DNA of 64,000 nucleotides from a virus. The notes beneath the pieces are model-generated. The model was not told where the DNA came from. It did not search any database and was given only the letters and a program-made list of their open reading frames with translations. Below, piece by piece: positions 50,445 through 60,174 of this stretch. Position numbers and translations under genes: made by a program. Location of the stretch: positions 56,022-120,021 of the IMG/VR virus record IMGVR_UViG_3300044981_000204; one strand, written 5' to 3'. The stretch's first letter is position 1. The number at the start of each line of letters is the position of its first letter.

Positions 50445-51114
50445 AGTGCTTTTCTCCTTTGTGCCGGGCACCGCCCGGCCTCATACTACCATTGTACCAC
50501 GGTCCTGTGCCCTAGGGTGCGGATATGTGTGTTCCGGGTTGCCCGAGGGCATATTCCCGATCAAAATTTCCTCAATCGCTATGGGTTGGGGCCCTTGGGC
50601 AGGACGCGTCGAGACAACTCCCCTATCTTATCGTCGAGATGGTCGAGCAGCCCAACCCACCGCAGGTACACCTTCGCGGGCACAAGCACAGCTAGCGGAG
50701 GCCCCACGTCCCCGTCCACGAGCTCGACGGCGTCCCCCATCATCCCTAGGTCGAGGGCCGACATCTCCCTGAGGTCGTCCAGGCGGAGCCGGACCATCGG
50801 CTTATCCCAAGGGTTCATTTGACCCAGATAGCGGTGAACCTAACCCCGTTGTTGAGGGCGGTGACCGTGAACCCGAAGGGGGCGGCCAATAGCTGGTACC
50901 CTAGCTCGTAGAGCTTGTTCAGCTCAACCTCCAGCGTCGAGGCAAGCTCGCACGAGACGACCTTGAACTCGTGCATCCTACTTACCTCTCCTGATCAGGG
51001 TAACGCTGTTCCCGTTCGGCTTGACCCCGCACTTGGAGCACCTAAGGGTCTTGTTGGACACGATGCGCCCGCATCGGTCGTGTATGAGCCATTTCTTCCT
51101 CATGGTCTTGACGA

Positions 51115-51224
51115 TCCTCCCGACTCCAGGCCCAATGACCCAGTAACCGCCAGCTAGGAGAATTCATCCACCGACGTGGAAATAGCGGTTTGATTCCCTG
51201 CTATTGAGCCTGGGGTCCGGAGGA
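51115..51224 (-). repeat. Intergenic hairpin family, copy H1
   Basis: UCCUCCGGACCCCAGGCUCAAU pairs with AUUGGGCCUGGAGUCGGGAGGA. Confidence 0.75.
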
Positions 51225-51225
51225 C

Positions 51226-51408
51226 CTATTGCGGATCCATCTCGAACATGTTCTTTGCCCTTACCTCCGAAATGTCGAGGAACAACGCAGCCGATTTTAC
51301 GGCATGATCCGGGTATGGGGCCGTGCTCTTCCAGTATACTTCCGCCAGTACCTTCAACAGTCGCTTGTGGCGGGCCTCCTGCGCCTTGTACTCGCTGGGC
51401 TTCATCAT
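51226..51408 (-). CDS. Small hypothetical protein between H1 and H2
   Basis: 60 aa, strong SD. Confidence 0.65.
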   Translation of the reverse strand: MMKPSEYKAQEARHKRLLKVLAEVYWKSTAPYPDHAVKSAALFLDISEVRAKNMFEMDPQ

Positions 51409-51414
51409 GGTGAT

Positions 51415-51503
51415 TCCTCCCGACTCCCGCCTCCCGGGTCCGGCCCCGCGAGCTGTGTCGCGGTGCGAGTTCGGCCTTGTCCTGGAGGCGGGGGTCCGGG
51501 GGA
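51415..51503 (-). repeat. Intergenic hairpin family, copy H2
   Basis: UCCCCCGGACCCCCGCCUCC pairs with GGAGGCGGGAGUCGGGAGGA. Confidence 0.75.
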
Positions 51504-51504
51504 C

Positions 51505-51651
51505 CTACCGCAGGCTCTTGTTGAGTACCTTCAGCACCCCTCGCGCCGTAGTGGCTTCCTGCAACTCCTTCGCCAAGCCTGGCTTTCCTTGGAGCTTGAG
51601 GGCCTCGATGGCCCTCATTCGCATCGGGGCGTCTTTCTTGATTTTGATCAT
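51505..51651 (-). CDS. Small basic protein between H2 and H3 (not in ORF track)
   Basis: 48 aa MIKIKKDAPMR...NKSLR; SD GGAGG. Confidence 0.65.
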   Translation of the reverse strand: MIKIKKDAPMRMRAIEALKLQGKPGLAKELQEATTARGVLKVLNKSLR

Positions 51652-51654
51652 GAA

Positions 51655-51731
51655 TCCTCCCGACTCCCGACCCAGGCGCCCCAACAGCTGCAGCAGGTCA
51701 ACTGCTGCTAGGAACCGGGGTCGGGGGTCCG
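51655..51731 (-). repeat. Intergenic hairpin family, copy H3
   Basis: CGGACCCCCGACCC pairs with GGGUCGGGAGUCGG; inner GCAGCAG/CUGCUGC stem. Confidence 0.7.
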
Positions 51732-52624
51732 AAGTTCGATCCAGCGCTACCGGACCGACGTGTCGGACGGGGACTTATCTGGGCCCCCTGCCAGCATCTG
51801 TTATGGTGACGATGTCCAACCCTCCGTTTTTGTCGTGCGCCCTGATGTTCATCCTGCAGAGATGAAGGAGTGCAGGGTCTTGCCGAAAATCACGAAGAAA
51901 AAGTCGCGGGGGCCGGGTCGCCGCAATGGCTGCTAGTTGACCGCCTGAAACCTCGGCCCCCAATCCGTCAAACTGACGGAATATCGATCACGTTGAAGCC
52001 CAAACTCGGTTCTCGTCGAACCAGTCCCACAGCCGCTCCAGCGACGCGTTGAACCAGTCCAATTCGTTCGCCGTGGCGGCGTTGTCCAGCTTGTCGAGGA
52101 GCGGCTTCGCCCCGAGCGCGAGGCCCCCGGGCAACTTCGCGACCTCCCCGCGTATCCCCTTGGCTGCCCTGACCATGTCCTCCTGCGACTCGCCGTCGAC
52201 GTCGAGGTACCGCCTTATGCTGACCTTGTATAGCCACCTTGCCATGGTGTTCCTCCTCCACTATAAAATCACCTAGCGCTGATCCATTGCCAGCTCCCGA
52301 GGACGTCCATCCTGTAGCTGCCCAGCATGTCGTGCTTGCGCAGGTGGTGCTCCCACGAGCCCCGAGGAGGCTTGCTGGGCCAGAGGTGGAAGATCCTCAG
52401 GCCCACTTCTTCAGCTATCTGCAGAGCGTGGTTCCTGTCCCCCACCTCGCGCTCTAACCCCTTGTACCTCATCCACATGGGCCTGGAGCTCAGTGACCGG
52501 AGTCGGAGACCAGCAGCAGCCAGACTATCCCGACCCCGATAGCGATGATCAGGAGTTCCACCAGCGCGCGACCGACCTTCCTCAACTTCCCACCTCATCA
52601 AATACCTTTACGAGCCATCGAATT

Positions 52625-53002
52625 TTCGGGGATTCTGTTGCCAGGCTCCCCTAGGGCCCCGCTACGCGCGGCCTATTAGGCCGCGTACGCCAGGACCAGG
52701 GGTTGAACCCGGGGCCTGACTGGCATGGTGACTACCTTTTTGGCGGCACCTGTGGTTTGCTACGTTCCAGGGCAACCTGATGCTAGGTCGACCCGCGGCG
52801 TTCGCCTGCCGATTGCCTCCAGCGCCCCTCACTGCCACGTCGAAACCAATTCGCCCCCACCGAGGGAGTGATGGCACACGTCTTGATGTCCTGCAAGATA
52901 ATTGCGCTCATGCATAGTGTGTTGCCCCATCACTGCCCTGGTGGAGGCGCCGGGGATCGAACCCGGGTCCGCGATAGCTACTCACGCCTTCATCAGCAAA
53001 AT
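52625..53002 (-). ncRNA. ssrA: tmRNA, circularly permuted two-piece form
   Basis: T arm and acceptor 3' end GGACCCGGGUUCGAUCCCCGGCGCCUCCACCA (CCA ends at 52939) come before the 5' end GGGGGCGAAUUGGUUUCGAC (starts 52858); G3.U70 pair; tag ORF 52747-52676 AAKKVVTMPVRPRVQPLVLAYAA followed by two stops; outer boundaries approximate. Confidence 0.9.
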
Positions 53003-53634
53003 CAATCCCTCACTCAATCTATTGTACATCGGAGATTTGGCGGTGCACAGGAATGTTGCTGAGTTGTTCCCGATACTCTTGCGGGTGCAGCAGGCAAAAC
53101 GCCGGGAGTCCCGCGAACGTTCCTGGCAGAGTAGTGGCGCACACGTTGCCCTCATAAGTGATACTCCTGCTGTCACCAACGAAGTAGCCGAACTGATCGC
53201 GGATCCGCCCCGGGACCACGATCCCGTCCCAGGTACCTAGTTCGAACTCATGGCTGAGTTTACATCGAAACAGGACCCGGTCTCTGTGCTTGAGCCAGAG
53301 CATAGACCTTACCTCGGCACCCTGCGCACGTGCTCGTGCGGCCGCTGCTTCCCGTCCTTCCCCTTCCGCCCCATGTGGTGGGTCGTCACGTTCTCACCAC
53401 GCCCTCTACCGTGCAGGTGTTCTTGAACTTGGTCCGCGGCCTGCGGCCGAGGTCTCGGATCCTGCTATTTGCCCTTGCCACTATTGCCTCCCTTTTCCAC
53501 GGCCTCGAGGAGCTTCAAGGCCTCGTCGGCCCTATCGGCTGCCTCGGCAACCGTCAAGTTCTTCCTATCGATGTGGAAGAAGAACACGTCCACCCAAAAA
53601 CTGACCTGTTTCTCTTTTCTCAATCTAATGAACC

Positions 53635-53842
53635 TCCCTAGGTAGCCCGCCGAGGGACGTCAGGTATGGGCGGGCTGGGTTTGAACCAGCGTAGGACGCA
53701 GGAACATTGGAAGGTCCCTCCCCACCCTGCAAAGTGGGGTTTAAGATACGCCCCGGGGATGAATCGCCGTGGCGCCGCGTGCACCACCACAGTACGACGA
53801 ACCTCTTCCCAACCGCACAGCACTCAGCGGGCTGCCTAGGGA
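53635..53842 (-). ncRNA. Candidate structured RNA with tRNA-like T arm
   Basis: Terminal stem 19/20 bp; internal hairpins; GCUGG-UUCAAAC-CCAGC. Confidence 0.55.
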
Positions 53843-55168
53843 CAGGGGGTTGCGGGAACCCCCTGGTTGGTTGCCTCAGTTCCTCCGCGGCCTGGCCGCG
53901 TGCTCCCGAAGCTGCCACGCCTTGACCAGAAGCAGGCGGTCGGCCTGGTCGCCCTCGAGGAACATGAGGAGTCCCTCCTCACCGGTGAACCCGAAGACGT
54001 CCTCGCCGCTGTAGTCGCCGCGGCCGCCCCACAGCCTCAGGTACCCCGACCCGTCGGGGCCCACGTTGATCCGAACCTCCTCGCCGCTGCCGGGTCGGCA
54101 GACCTGCGAGTTGAACTCCCTCAGGAGCCGTATCGCTCGCTCGTGGGCGTTCTCGCCGACGGGGCGTTTGACCGCGTCGTCGTGGTGCTTTTTGCTTCCG
54201 TTCTCAGCCATCAATTTTCTCCCTATGCTTACCATACCTCGGAACAACACGTTTTTTACCTGATTTGAACAGTTAGTTGTTCTTCGCTCCCGCCGCCTTC
54301 CTCACGGCGGCCAGCTCACTCCTCAGTGACCCTAGCAGAGCGTCGAACTTCGGGTCCGACTCCCGCAGGACCCAACCCAGGGTGCTGTAGATGATCGCGG
54401 TCAGCGCATTGCGCTCCTGCGGCTCGCCGCCTAGCGCTGAGGCGGCCAGCAGGAAGCCGACGTCGGAGCGGGCAGAGCGGAGCTCCTCCTCGGGCCTCAC
54501 GGCGGGAGTTTGCTGGCACCTGGCAACTTCTACTAGGTTGCCGAGGACCGACTCTAGTTCGGCGATCATGCCCTCGTTGCGGTCGAAGTTCTTGGAGCAA
54601 GTGGTGGCGCCCTTGAGTGCCTCCAACCGATTGCGTAGGTTCTGCACCAGTTCGGGAAGCGTCGCCACTGCCTCACTCATAGTCCGCCAGGCACCCGTAG
54701 CCGTCCTCGACGTCGGGTGTATTTTGCTCCCAGTATTCGTAGCGGCGCTCCAGGAGGCTGAAGAGCCACTGGAACGGCTTGATCAGGCGGTCGTTCTCGA
54801 AGAACTTCTTGCCGCCCCAACTGCGGAAGTGGACCGTCGCCCACCACGCTATGCAGGTCCCCACCTTGATGGTCAGGCGCCCGCAGCAAATCTGCCAGGT
54901 CTCGCCAGCGTACGAGTCGACGGGCTCGCCGGTCGGCCAGCGGCCCATCGGCTCCGCGTGGGTCCGCTCCCTAGTGCAGCAGATCGGCCCCAACCTCACC
55001 GAGCGGCCGCGGTACGGGGCGAACCAGGGCCGCTTGGCCGTGGTGGCCTCGACGTAGGCGGCCTGGCAGCGCAGGCACGTTGTGTCGACGTAGCCGGAGT
55101 CGTAGTCCACTGGGGGGTTTACTATCAACTTCTTGCAGCCCTGGCAGTTGAACTCCTTCATAATCCTC

Positions 55169-55465
55169 CTAACCCAAGCACCCGCAGCCAATCAACTGTC
55201 CCCCGCACCTCGGGCACCGCTCCGCGTCGCAGCCGAGGTGGTGCGCGGCGCCGACCCTTACGTTGCAGTCGTGGCACGCGGGCGGGGGGTCCTCGCCGAC
55301 CTTCCAGCCCTCCTTGGGGTTGCCGTAGCCGACCCGGACGAAGTCCTCGCCGCGGATGGTCAGCAGCTCGACTCCGCACGAGCCGCCCGGCGACATCAGC
55401 CCAAAGCAGGCGGAGCACAGCGCATGTTGGACCTCCCTAGCACAAGGATTTCCTCCTTCAATCAT
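55169..55465 (-). CDS. Cys/His-rich Zn-binding phage protein
   Basis: CHDC...HHLGCDAERCPRCGGQLIGCGC. Confidence 0.7.
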   Translation of the reverse strand: MIEGGNPCAREVQHALCSACFGLMSPGGSCGVELLTIRGEDFVRVGYGNPKEGWKVGEDPPPACHDCNVRVGAAHHLGCDAERCPRCGGQLIGCGCLG

Positions 55466-56207
55466 GGGCGCCGCACTTGGAGCACCTTCCCGCGGGGAAG
55501 ACCCCGTAGGAGTACTCGTGGTCGCAAGGCACCTTCCCCACCGGCGCGATAGACGCTAAATTGGCCGCGTCCTCTGCTCCTGTTGGATCGTTGGTCCAGA
55601 AGAATTTTCGGACCATCGCCTCTAACGCTTGTCTGGTGCCGACATACTCGACCTGCTCATAGTTGCCGAAGTTGCCTCGGATGGCCCTGTGGATGTTCGA
55701 CGCGTCCAGCCACCCCTGGAAGTACTCCTCCTTGAGGTCCGCGGTGTCGAGCTCGACCCTGCAAAGGGTCGCGCCGACGGCGGCGAGGCCCTGGTCGTGA
55801 AGGACCGATTTGCAGAAGTCGACGACGGCAGGCTCGCAGGATTGATCCCTCAGGGCGTTGATGCAGTAAGCGGTGTGCTCCGGGACCATCATGCCGATCT
55901 CCTCGGCGTAGGACTCCAGCTGCTCGTCCTTCTCAGGCGCCGACATCATTCCTCCTCCTAACTCGTTCGGCCCAGGCAGCAACGTCCTCGTCCCACGCCC
56001 TGAGCGCGGCTCGGTAGTGCTCGGGCTCCACCCTGACCGACGTGTCGTCGATGACGTAGGACCCATGGGGGACGACCCTTTTAACGGCGGTGATGAGCGC
56101 CTTGCAGGCAGCGATGAGCGCCTGCGCAGGGACGCCATTGGAGGGGATGGTCAGCCTCGGCCAGTCCCTCGAGTGGTCACCCCAGCAGCCCGGGGTAGCA
56201 GTCGCAG

Positions 56208-56259
56208 GTCAGTGGCATTCAGCAGTCCTCCCATGTCAGTGGCATTCAGCAGTCCTCCC
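56208..56259. repeat. 25-bp direct repeat x2 containing SD and ATG
   Basis: GTCAGTGGCATTCAGCAGTCCTCCC at 56208 and 56235. Confidence 0.85.
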
Positions 56260-56350
56260 GCTCCCTCGGGTTGGTCGGGTCCGACCCCTCCCAGTACTCC
56301 TTGGCTAGCGAGGCGAGCTTCCCCGTCGGCGGAGAAGGGTTCCAAGAACG

Positions 56351-56968
56351 TCACCCTGGCCCCCTCAGGGAGAGCACAGAGCACCCGAACTCGACCACCA
56401 GCGCTATGGCGGCTCGGTAGGTCGACCAGGGTTGACACTCGGTATGTTCGGCCAACTCGTCTGGGTCCTCGGACCTGAGCCAGTAGCCTATGTCTCGGAC
56501 GAGGCACCCGACCCCCACCTTCGTGGGGGAGTTTGGGTAGACCGGGTAGGGGTGGCACTGGACCTGGAGGGGGGTTCGGGTGCAGGTGACCAGGTCGCCG
56601 AGCTGGACCCCGTTGCCGAGCACGACCCCGTCGCCGACCACAGCCCCGTTGCCGAGCACGGCCCGGTCTCCGACCACGGCCCCGTCTCCGACCACGGCCC
56701 GGTCGCCGACCACGGCCCCGTTGCCGAGCTCGGCCCAGTTGCCGAGCTCGACCCAGTTGCCGAGCTCGGCCCCGTTGCCGACCACAGCCCCGTTGCCGAG
56801 CACGGCCCAGTTGCCGAGCACGGCCCGGTCGCCGACCACGGCCCCGTTGCCGAGCTTAACTTTGAACCCTATCTTGATCGTCCTACCGTTTGTCAGCTTT
56901 CGCCAGCCTAAGTTATCCTGAGCAGCCGCCATGATCTCATCTACCGTCATGTGTTCATTGGCCTCCAT
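56351..56968 (-). CDS. Hexapeptide-repeat (left-handed beta-helix) protein
   Basis: Long run of [LV]G[ND]xA[VE] repeats. Confidence 0.85.
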   Translation of the reverse strand: MEANEHMTVDEIMAAAQDNLGWRKLTNGRTIKIGFKVKLGNGAVVGDRAVLGNWAVLGNGAVVGNGAELGNWVELGNWAELGNGAVVGDRAVVGDGAVVGDRAVLGNGAVVGDGVVLGNGVQLGDLVTCTRTPLQVQCHPYPVYPNSPTKVGVGCLVRDIGYWLRSEDPDELAEHTECQPWSTYRAAIALVVEFGCSVLSLRGPG

Positions 56969-57369
56969 GTGCCGCCATGTGTTCGTTGTACTTCATATGA
57001 TGGAATATGTTCGTTTGACTCCCTAGTTCGACATCCCATCCCATCCCAAGTCAGTGTCCCTCCGCTTTGACCACCACGGCTGCCCATCGCTCATATTTCT
57101 CGCTCTGATTGTCGGGTTCGAACGGGTTGAATTGATGTTCGGCGGCCTCTTTGAGCGCTTTGAGAAGTTCAGGCGCGGCTCGATGCAGCGGACAGTGTCG
57201 CACGAAATACCGCATAGCCGCGTCACATTCGACAGAACACGTGCAACTCACGACCGCACCGCCCTTGCGCCGCTCACCAAGCCATGGTTCCAGAAGGCCT
57301 TAACTTGCGCCATATGTTCGTTGCACGCCATATGCCACCATGTGTTCGTTGGACTTCCCTAGTTCGACA
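56948..57369. repeat. Two clusters of 28-nt-period repeats
   Basis: CATRTGTTCRTTG at 56948, 56976, (57004), 57311, 57339; each cluster ends in CCCTAGTTCGACA. Confidence 0.75.
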
Positions 57370-57528
57370 AAACCGCGCCCGGGCCTCGACCATCTCTAAC
57401 ATGACGTGGAGGGCGGGCGCGGGGGCGGGGGCCTTTTTCAGATGTATCAGATTACATTTGCCTGAAGCAGAGACGCTACCGCCCAACCAGTTACATGGCG
57501 CTACCATCTAACAGATGTGGCCGCAACC

Positions 57529-57734
57529 ACGACTTCCTAAGTGCCATATCGTCGGCTGACGAAACAGCGATGGGTTCCGGACTCGGGGAACCGGCGAACC
57601 CGCGAACTTCGTGAGGCGGCAAGCACTCGCTAGATCGGCAGGTTTGCTGGAGCGGATTCGCGCGGAACCCCGACTCAGGAACCCATCTTAAAGCAGCCGA
57701 CGCCAGCGAGGTAGGCTTGCCAACTACCTCACAA
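57529..57734 (-). ncRNA. Candidate bistable RNA with 28-nt antisense tail
   Basis: Two long alternative helices, G.U wobbles favouring the minus strand, TACAAT at 57739-57744, exact reverse complement of 24836-24863. Confidence 0.68.
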
Positions 57735-58711
57735 GACCATTGTATGTCGGGTTTTGCCTGCGGTAAACGGGAAAGATCCCGCGCTGGTCAGGGGGTTTGG
57801 GGTGGGGGCGCCGACAGTAGGACAGGGGCAGGCGACCCGGCCTTGAGCAGGTCGACCAACTGCTCCCTTAGCCTCGAGTCCTCCTCGCGCAGGGTGCCGT
57901 GGTATCCAAAGAGCAGCTCTGCGAACCTGTCGTAGGTGTCCGACGACGTCGCCCCGCTCGCGTAATCCGCGGCGACGCCCATGGCGCGGTCTATTGCCGC
58001 GTGCAGCAGGCCGTCGGACATTGGTATGGTCGTTAAGGTAGTTCTCCAAAAAACCTCTTACGTTTTCCGCGTCAGTCGAGTCCTCCACGTTGACCCGCAC
58101 CTCGATTATGGCCGTAGTGCTGGCTGTTTTTTCGGACATAGTGTTTTTCTAAGTAACGCTAGTGAGGGGAATCACGACCTCGCACACCTTCTTGCCGTCA
58201 TTGAGTCGATACTGGTATATGGCTCCCTCGGAGGAGTAACAGAAAATCTCCAACTTGAGCTCTCTTGGTATAGTCACATCCTCGCAATCGTTTTCAAGAA
58301 TAAGTACAAGCTCAATTTTTTGGGGGTCCACGAGATCGCGGCACATCACGTTGTAGGAGACCTCTAAGCCGTTGAACCTGACCTCTTCGACGGTTCCTAC
58401 CCTATCTGGGCACGAAACCTGTCGGACGACGTCGTTCTTCATGAAGCGGTACTGTATTTGTGGCATAATACCTCGCTTTGGGATTAATACTACCTCGGGT
58501 TTTGGATCCTAGACCGGGGAACTTACGTCGTCCACTTTTGGGTGGACTGAGACCCTCGATCCCAACCCAACGACTCGAGCGCCGCCCTCGCGGCCGATCT
58601 CGCCAGACTTAAAGCCGGGGTGGTCGGAGCAAATGATTCTGTAGTATTTTGCCATTTAAATTGGATCCCGGAATTTCGGGGATCTGGCGAGCTGGGAGTC
58701 TGGAGGCCGGG

Positions 58712-58759
58712 CCGGGGCCGGGGCCGGGGCCGGGGCCGGGGCCGGGGCCGGGGCCGGGG
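58712..58759 (+). repeat. (CCGGGG)8 microsatellite, G-quadruplex-prone
   Basis: 8 perfect hexamers in intergenic DNA. Confidence 0.95.
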
Positions 58760-59095
58760 TCCCTCACCTTACCTCGATCCCACGCTCGAGTGCGACCTTT
58801 AACTCCTCGAGGGAGTAGCTGGTGACTTTGGCCGTGGTGCGGTCCTCGGACAGGTCTACTCGGTAGGCCCCCTCTATCATGCTGTTCTCAATCATGTAGT
58901 TCAGGACCTCCAAATCATCGACCTTCCCCAACGACCTCGCCACGAGGGCCGATCCCCTCAGGTCTTTTTGGCGGAGTTCTATCTTCATAATGTGGTTCAA
59001 TCCTCGGACCATCCTAGCACGGGGTCTGGGGTGGGGGGTCCACAAAATGTAACACTTTGCCGCCCGCGGCGACTCCCGCCTCCCGATTCCAGCCC

Positions 59096-59809
59096 CTAGA
59101 AATCCACGTGCCCGTACTTGTCGTGGGAGACCGGAACCCCGACCAGGTCCGAGGCAACTTCGAGGCACTTCGCCTCGGCCCGGTGTAGGGAGTCCCAGGC
59201 GATGCCGCGGTACTGCTCCATCATCCTCCGGATCCCGGCCTCCAGCTCCCCGATCCTGGCGCCCTGCGCCTTGAGCATGTCGTCGAGGAACGACCAAGCG
59301 GACTCCAGCTCCCCGATCCTTTGATCCCGCTCCTGGACCAGGGCTATCTTCCCCCTAGCACTTTGAGCCCAAGCGTCCCTCTGCTTGATCGCCTGATCCA
59401 GGCTCCCCTCCAACTCCCTGATCCTTTCCGCCTGGGCCTCCACCATCGCCGCCTTGGCGTCCCTCGACTCCACCAGTTGCCGCGACTGGGACCTCTCGAC
59501 TTCGAGGTGTAGCTCCAGCTCCCCGACCTTAGTCTTCAATTCCAAGTGCCTCACCCGCTCGCGCACAATGAGGTCCTCAAGTTCCCTGATCCTGGAGCCA
59601 AGGACTCCGCCCCTTGCCGCATCAGCCGCAAGGCTCAGGTCAAGTCGAACATTGTTGTTGATCGCCTCCGCCGCGGGACGGAGGAAGGCTTTGCTCAAGT
59701 CGTCAACACTTAGCGGCTCGCTAGATCCTGCTGGTTCCTGACTTGGCTTGTGTTCTATGGCGTCCTTGTGCCGACGCAACCTATCGAGGCTCCGGTATTC
59801 TTCATCCAT
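59096..59809 (-). CDS. Coiled-coil protein
   Basis: Repeated RIxELE heptads; SD GGAGGAG. Confidence 0.7.
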   Translation of the reverse strand: MDEEYRSLDRLRRHKDAIEHKPSQEPAGSSEPLSVDDLSKAFLRPAAEAINNNVRLDLSLAADAARGGVLGSRIRELEDLIVRERVRHLELKTKVGELELHLEVERSQSRQLVESRDAKAAMVEAQAERIRELEGSLDQAIKQRDAWAQSARGKIALVQERDQRIGELESAWSFLDDMLKAQGARIGELEAGIRRMMEQYRGIAWDSLHRAEAKCLEVASDLVGVPVSHDKYGHVDF

Positions 59810-59834
59810 GCGAACTCCTCCCGGGCTCCGCGCC

Positions 59835-59849
59835 CTATTCAGTTGTCAA
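59835..59849 (-). promoter_or_regulatory. rrn-type boxA-like element, copy 2
   Basis: TTGACAACTGAATAG, identical to 60175-60189; no -10 hexamer at 17 nt. Confidence 0.55.
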
Positions 59850-60174
59850 TGGTCTGCCGCATCTGCCGCGAGGGCTAGTTTTAAGTCCACGCTCATGCCC
59901 GCCCTCCTGCCGCCTTCTTCAGCGGCTCGATCATCCTGAACCCGTCCCCGTCGACCGCGAGCTTGGCGCCCATGCGGTTGTCGACGAGCCGGACATCGAA
60001 GATCTCGGGCGCCCTCGCCAGGACCTTGGCGACCGCAGCAGCAAGCTGCAGGTTTCGACCCTGGCACGGTGGACCTTGCCGCCGGCCCACGTCGAGTACT
60101 CCACGTCGTAGGCCCACTGGACTTCTTCAGCCACGTTGACGCCTCCTAGTTGGGGACTTGGGTCCCGGGTTGAA

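Noticed and set aside
52662-52877. 71-aa ORF over the tmRNA coding piece
   Set aside because: Different frame from the tag; the sequence is explained by RNA structure
52939-52975. Stand-alone tRNA-Ala or attP tRNA fragment
   Set aside because: Its pairing partner, the D-loop-like motif and the tag ORF lie 80 nt downstream, so it is the acceptor piece of a permuted tmRNA
53660-53730. Canonical tRNA
   Set aside because: Only a T arm and partial acceptor pairing; no D or anticodon arm and no CCA
56948-57369. CRISPR or TIGR array, or LexA boxes
   Set aside because: Variable parts are only 4-5 nt, there are few units, no cas/Nop-domain gene is visible, and GTTC spacing fits neither GAAC-N4-GTTC nor GTTC-N7-GTTC
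57529-57734. Retron msr-msd or 6S RNA
   Set aside because: No reverse transcriptase in the window; no 6S-type central bubble, and the alternative helix and antisense tail would be unexplained
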